The position numbers and the translations under genes are program-made. Of a stretch of 64,000 bases of DNA, positions 55,800-64,000 are shown one piece after another. Numbering within the stretch: the first letter of the stretch is position 1; every line of letters starts with the position of its first letter. Source of the DNA: Candidatus Latescibacterota bacterium (lineage in GTDB: Bacteria > Latescibacterota > UBA2968 > UBA8231); the NCBI GenBank assembly GCA_965215195.1, contig CBDCDC010000001.1, positions 64,001 through 128,000 of the forward strand. The letters are read 5' to 3'. Below the pieces are notes generated by a model, which was given only the letters and a program-made list of their open reading frames with translations, made no database searches and was not told the DNA's origin.

Positions 55800-58372
55800 G
55801 GAGCGGTGGATTGGCGGAGGATGCGCTCGGCCTCGACCAACTCCGTCCGCTCGCCGTATTGCTCTTTGTACTGCTGGAGAATGGCTAGGGCCCCGGGAAT
55901 ATCGCCCTTGGCTTGGCGGGCGGCCGCCAACTCGTAGTAGCCCTCCCAGCGTTTCGGCGCGAGGGCAATGGCTTGGCGATAGAGGGGCTCAGCGCGATCG
56001 TAGGCCGAGTAGGGTTCTTGGATCAGCACCCCGATCAGGGCGATGATATTGTCGTACGTGGCGGCCGACTCAATGCCCACGCGCTCGATGAGGAACCGAG
56101 CGGCCTCGTAGATGTGCTCGGTCGCTATGTCGTGCTGGCCGAGCTCGCTGAAGTAATCAGCCGCCGCATAGTGGTTTTCCCAGCTCATGTAGATGTTGTC
56201 CCGCGCCCACTGCATGAGCTGCGGCACCTCGGCTCTGCGCCCCTGCTCCTCGTAGCTGCGGGCCAATTGCAAGACGCAAGCCCAGTAGTTGCCCAAGAGG
56301 CGCTCGGAGTTTTCGTCCTTGTACAAGGACGGGTCGGTGAGGCCGCGGAAGCGGTATCGCTCGAGGAGATTGCGCTCTAGGGCCTCGTCATCTACTCCGT
56401 CTGTAGGTTCGGGCGAGGCTTTTACGCTCATGCCGACCATCGTCAGATAGGGGTCGAGGTTGAGCAGGTTGCTGGTGGGAACGGTAATGGCAAAGTGGAT
56501 GGGTTTTTTCCACTCGTTCCAGGCCAGAATTTTGATGACCATGACGTCTTGGACGCGGAGGACCGGGTAATCGAGCGGGGTACTCACTTCCACGTCCATG
56601 CCCAGCTTCTTTAGCTCCGGCGGCACCTTGGGATCGGGCCAGTACCTTTTGTATAAATCGACCATCTGCGTGTCGGTGAGCACCGAGTCGATGAAGTCGT
56701 CGGTGTAGCGGATGTCGATGCGCGGCTCGCGGTCGCGCAGTTGCTTGATGTACCATCCGGTGTTCAACAGGCTCAAGTTGACCACCCGCACATCGCGCCG
56801 CACTCCTTCTACTTCCTGCAAAAACCACAGCGGAAACGTGTCGTTGTCCCCGTTGGTGAACAGGATGGAGCCTTCCTCGCAGCTAGTCAGCATGTTGTAC
56901 GCGTAATCGTAGGCGATAAAGTCGCCCGTGCGGTCTTCCACGTGATAGAGCCGCGCCGCCACCCCGGCCGGCAGCAACAACCCTGCGGCCGCCACCGCTA
57001 CGATGGCCGCCCGATGCCGCCCCCACTGCTGCCGCACGGCCTCCACCACGCCCAGCCAGCCCAACCCCATCCACAGCGCGAACGCCAAGTACATCCCGCC
57101 GAACACGTAGTGCCGCTCGCGCGGCTGCGGGTCCGGCATGTTCAGGTAGAGCGACAGCCCAAACCCCATGATCAAGAACAGCAGCAACACCCCTCCGAAC
57201 CGCCGCCAGTCCTGTCGCCCGTGCCACCACAGCCCCCACAGCCCCAGCCCGTACGGCACCAGCGAAATGGACACCCGGTCCGGCAGGTTTATGGTGGCCT
57301 TGCGGAACTCCACGACCCGCTCCAACAGCGGAAAGGGAAACTGCTGGAAGAAGTACTTCATCTGTTGGTCCCAGAACTGATAGGTGCGGCTCGCCCGCGC
57401 CGTCAGCATGGTAGTAAGCATGCTCTCGGTGCCGTATTGCTCGCGGTTGAGGAACGCCAAGAACGCCGACCAGGTTTCTGGATCGTTCTCGTCGATGGCC
57501 GGATTCAAGCCAGAGCGAATGTACAACGCGCCATACGTGGAATAGCCCAGCGCGAACAGCACGAGGACGCCTAGTAGGAGGACAAACAGCCGTCGGTCGC
57601 GGCCGTGCAGGTACGCCAGCAGCCCAGCCAGCCCCAGCACCATCACCCCATTCGACTGCGCCCCCGGCCCCAATGCCACCAATCCCAGCCCACTGACTAC
57701 GCCCAAGCCGACTAGCAGCACGATCAGCCGTTGCAACTGGCGGTCGGCAAACCACGCCAGCAGCATAAGCGATGGAATCGTCAGCAGGCACAACAGATGC
57801 ACGCCGCCGCCGAGGCCGAACAAATAGGCCAGCACCAACAGCCAGCGGTCGTTGGCCGCCCCAGCGCCGCTGCCTTCCCAGTAGAAAATCAGCCACAGCC
57901 CCAGACAGGTAAACAAAATGGAATAGCCATACACCTCGGCTTCGGAGGCATTGTACCACTGGGTGTAGGAAAACGCCAACGTCAGCGCGGCCACGGCCCC
58001 ACCGGCGAGGACGCCGATGTCGCGGGCGTCGCCCAGCGGTTGCAGGGGCTGGCCGCCCAACGCTCGCCGCCCCAGCGCGACGGTTGATAGATAGACGCAC
58101 CAAATTGCCAGCGCGGAGGTCAGCGCGGACATGAAGTTGACGCGGATGGCAACTTCGCCGATGGGGAACAAGGTGAAGACCCGCCCCAATAGCACGTACA
58201 AAGGAGCCCCCGGCGGATGGGGTACGCCGAGGATATAGGACGTGGCAATGAACTCGCCGCAGTCCCAAAACGACACGGTCGGCGCGAGGGTCTTCACGTA
58301 CACCCCCAACGTCAGCACGAAAATCCCCACCCCGAAAACCCGGTGGATTACAGCGGAATTAGGCATTGGCAA
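55796..58372 (-). CDS. DUF2723 / TMEM260-like GT-C membrane glycosyltransferase with C-terminal TPR
   Basis: APTVSFWDCGEFI, GVPHPPGAPLY, EAEVY, PRERHY and FTNGDNDTFPLW; TPR-like tail. Confidence 0.88.
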   Translation of the reverse strand: MPMPNSAVIHRVFGVGIFVLTLGVYVKTLAPTVSFWDCGEFIATSYILGVPHPPGAPLYVLLGRVFTLFPIGEVAIRVNFMSALTSALAIWCVYLSTVALGRRALGGQPLQPLGDARDIGVLAGGAVAALTLAFSYTQWYNASEAEVYGYSILFTCLGLWLIFYWEGSGAGAANDRWLLVLAYLFGLGGGVHLLCLLTIPSLMLLAWFADRQLQRLIVLLVGLGVVSGLGLVALGPGAQSNGVMVLGLAGLLAYLHGRDRRLFVLLLGVLVLFALGYSTYGALYIRSGLNPAIDENDPETWSAFLAFLNREQYGTESMLTTMLTARASRTYQFWDQQMKYFFQQFPFPLLERVVEFRKATINLPDRVSISLVPYGLGLWGLWWHGRQDWRRFGGVLLLFLIMGFGLSLYLNMPDPQPRERHYVFGGMYLAFALWMGLGWLGVVEAVRQQWGRHRAAIVAVAAAGLLLPAGVAARLYHVEDRTGDFIAYDYAYNMLTSCEEGSILFTNGDNDTFPLWFLQEVEGVRRDVRVVNLSLLNTGWYIKQLRDREPRIDIRYTDDFIDSVLTDTQMVDLYKRYWPDPKVPPELKKLGMDVEVSTPLDYPVLRVQDVMVIKILAWNEWKKPIHFAITVPTSNLLNLDPYLTMVGMSVKASPEPTDGVDDEALERNLLERYRFRGLTDPSLYKDENSERLLGNYWACVLQLARSYEEQGRRAEVPQLMQWARDNIYMSWENHYAAADYFSELGQHDIATEHIYEAARFLIERVGIESAATYDNIIALIGVLIQEPYSAYDRAEPLYRQAIALAPKRWEGYYELAAARQAKGDIPGALAILQQYKEQYGERTELVEAERILRQSTAP

Positions 58373-58420
58373 TAGTCTTAGGTGAATGCGCGGACAAACG
58401 CTCTGTTTATAGTATTATAG

Positions 58421-58553
58421 CTTAGTACACGACCCCTAAAGTAGGCGACACTCACTTTGAGTACGCCTTTTCTGCTGTTACCGCTGGGTGCGGGATCGAG
58501 GGCCAGATGCCCTCGATCCTTGGCCGGCTGAGGGCTGGTGTCGTGTAGTCAAG
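58421..58553. mobile_element. 133-bp MITE-like element with imperfect terminal inverted repeats and a 9-bp target-site duplication
   Basis: GTATTATAG at 58412-58420 and 58554-58562 directly flanks CTTAGTACACGAC ... GTCGTGTAGTCAAG. Internal hairpins are present. Confidence 0.65.
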
Positions 58554-58626
58554 GTATTATAGTATAGGGGAATTTCGCGGTTAGGAACATTTCGGCTTGA
58601 TCCCTTTCGAGCCGCTTGCCCGGGCG

Positions 58627-58671
58627 CAGCGTCCGCCGCGCCGAAGCGACGAATCGGCGCGGCGGACGCTG
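58627..58671. repeat. Perfect 18-bp inverted repeat (REPIN-like hairpin)
   Basis: CAGCGTCCGCCGCGCCGA-N9-TCGGCGCGGCGGACGCTG, with no U tract. Confidence 0.8.
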
Positions 58672-58779
58672 GCCTCGCTTGGGGACGAAGCAATCCGTCG
58701 CGCCAGTACCGAGTCTCCTCCGCTCTAAGCAAAATCGCAAGATCGGCCAGATAGTTTCGTCCAGCGGCACCTGCTGCGC

Positions 58780-59429
58780 CTAGCCCACCAATTCGGCCGT
58801 GCCCCAAGTGCTCGGGTCGCGCTCTACGCCCATGTCCGAAGTAGCCGACCAAGACTGGGTGCCGCGATGCGAATCGTGCAACAGGTACGCAAACCCCACC
58901 CGGCTGAATTCCCGCGGCGCAAAACCATTGAGGCCCGCGGCCGGCAGTTTGATCTCTAGCTGATAGCTCCGCTTGAGCCGACGCAAGCCGGTCGCAATCG
59001 AATCTTCCGGGCAGGGCGGTGCTTGTTCGCGGGCGTCCTCAATGGAAGTTTGGCGGGCGATGGGTTGCTTGCCGTCCTTGCCGCTGCCGCCGGGCAAGAC
59101 GTAAAACCGGTGGCAGAAGCGGTTGGCGCGGTGCTCCTTGACGTCGCGGGTGTCGATGAAGAGTTCGAGGCTGTCGCCGGCAGCGGGTTGGAGCGGGTTG
59201 AGCTTGTAGGTCGTCTTGCTCTTGACCTCGCAGGCAAAGTACAGGCCGCTGTCGTCGTAGGCCATATAGACCGCGGCAAAGGGCTGCTGGCCATCGACGG
59301 CCATCAGGTCGGGCACACGCGCTGCGTCGTCCCAATCGCGCAAGTTCCCGTCGATCTTGGGCGGCTTCTGCGGTCGCGGGCAGCGAAAGGAAAACTCGAA
59401 AAAGGCGCGTTGGGGCAGGTGCAACTCGC

Positions 59430-59433
<4 letters not shown>
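58780..59433 (-). CDS. CBM9/DOMON-like sugar-binding domain protein
   Basis: PKIDGNLRDW, YMAYDDSGLYFACEV, GDSLELFID, YQLEIKLP and PSTWGTAEL. Confidence 0.75.
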
Positions 59434-63998
<4,565 letters not shown>

Positions 63999-64000
63999 CG

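Noticed and set aside
56883-58268. Long alternative-frame and antisense ORFs (e.g. 56883-58268, 59466-60647, 8401-9381, 19759-20763)
   Set aside because: These are shadow ORFs of GC-rich genes, with Arg/Gly/Ala-biased composition and no recognisable motifs.

Overview
This is a GC-rich (roughly 60-65% by eye) diderm bacterial chromosome segment. Gene content (dockerin/EF-hand FN3 surface proteins, a lamin-tail protein, a CRTAC1/FG-GAP protein, a PhyH dioxygenase, DUF6785) suggests a Latescibacterota/Poribacteria-like organism; this assignment is inference only. Most of the window is housekeeping: glcD (partial), recD2, rel, hisC, mpl, dnaG, rho-rpmE2-DUF1385-prfA-prmC-radA-recA, hpt, a dacA-like gene, a namZ-like gene, a double-length uvrA (partial) and three tRNAs (Val-CAC, Ile2-CAT, Val-GAC). 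The best candidate for an undescribed system is a tightly coupled minus-strand operon at 4256-15458. It encodes a DUF6785 membrane protein, a ~1600-aa fusion of a catalytically degenerate (nicalin/nicastrin-like) M28 peptidase domain with an FtsX/MacB permease, an OPT-like transporter carrying a circularly permuted FN3-like insert, a two-repeat cytoplasmic protein, a stand-alone PqqD/RRE peptide-binding protein and a PAP2-like membrane protein. Other notable items are a TolC-MFP-RND operon bracketed by a 17-bp inverted repeat, a lower-GC islet beside tRNA-Val with two divergent four-His-motif paralogs plus IS5/LuxR/peptidase debris, a 133-bp MITE with a 9-bp target duplication in a promoter, a REP-like repeat family, and an apparent CCWGG-deamination signature. 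No CRISPR array, rRNA, intact transposase or integrase was seen. All family assignments come from motif recognition, not database searches.
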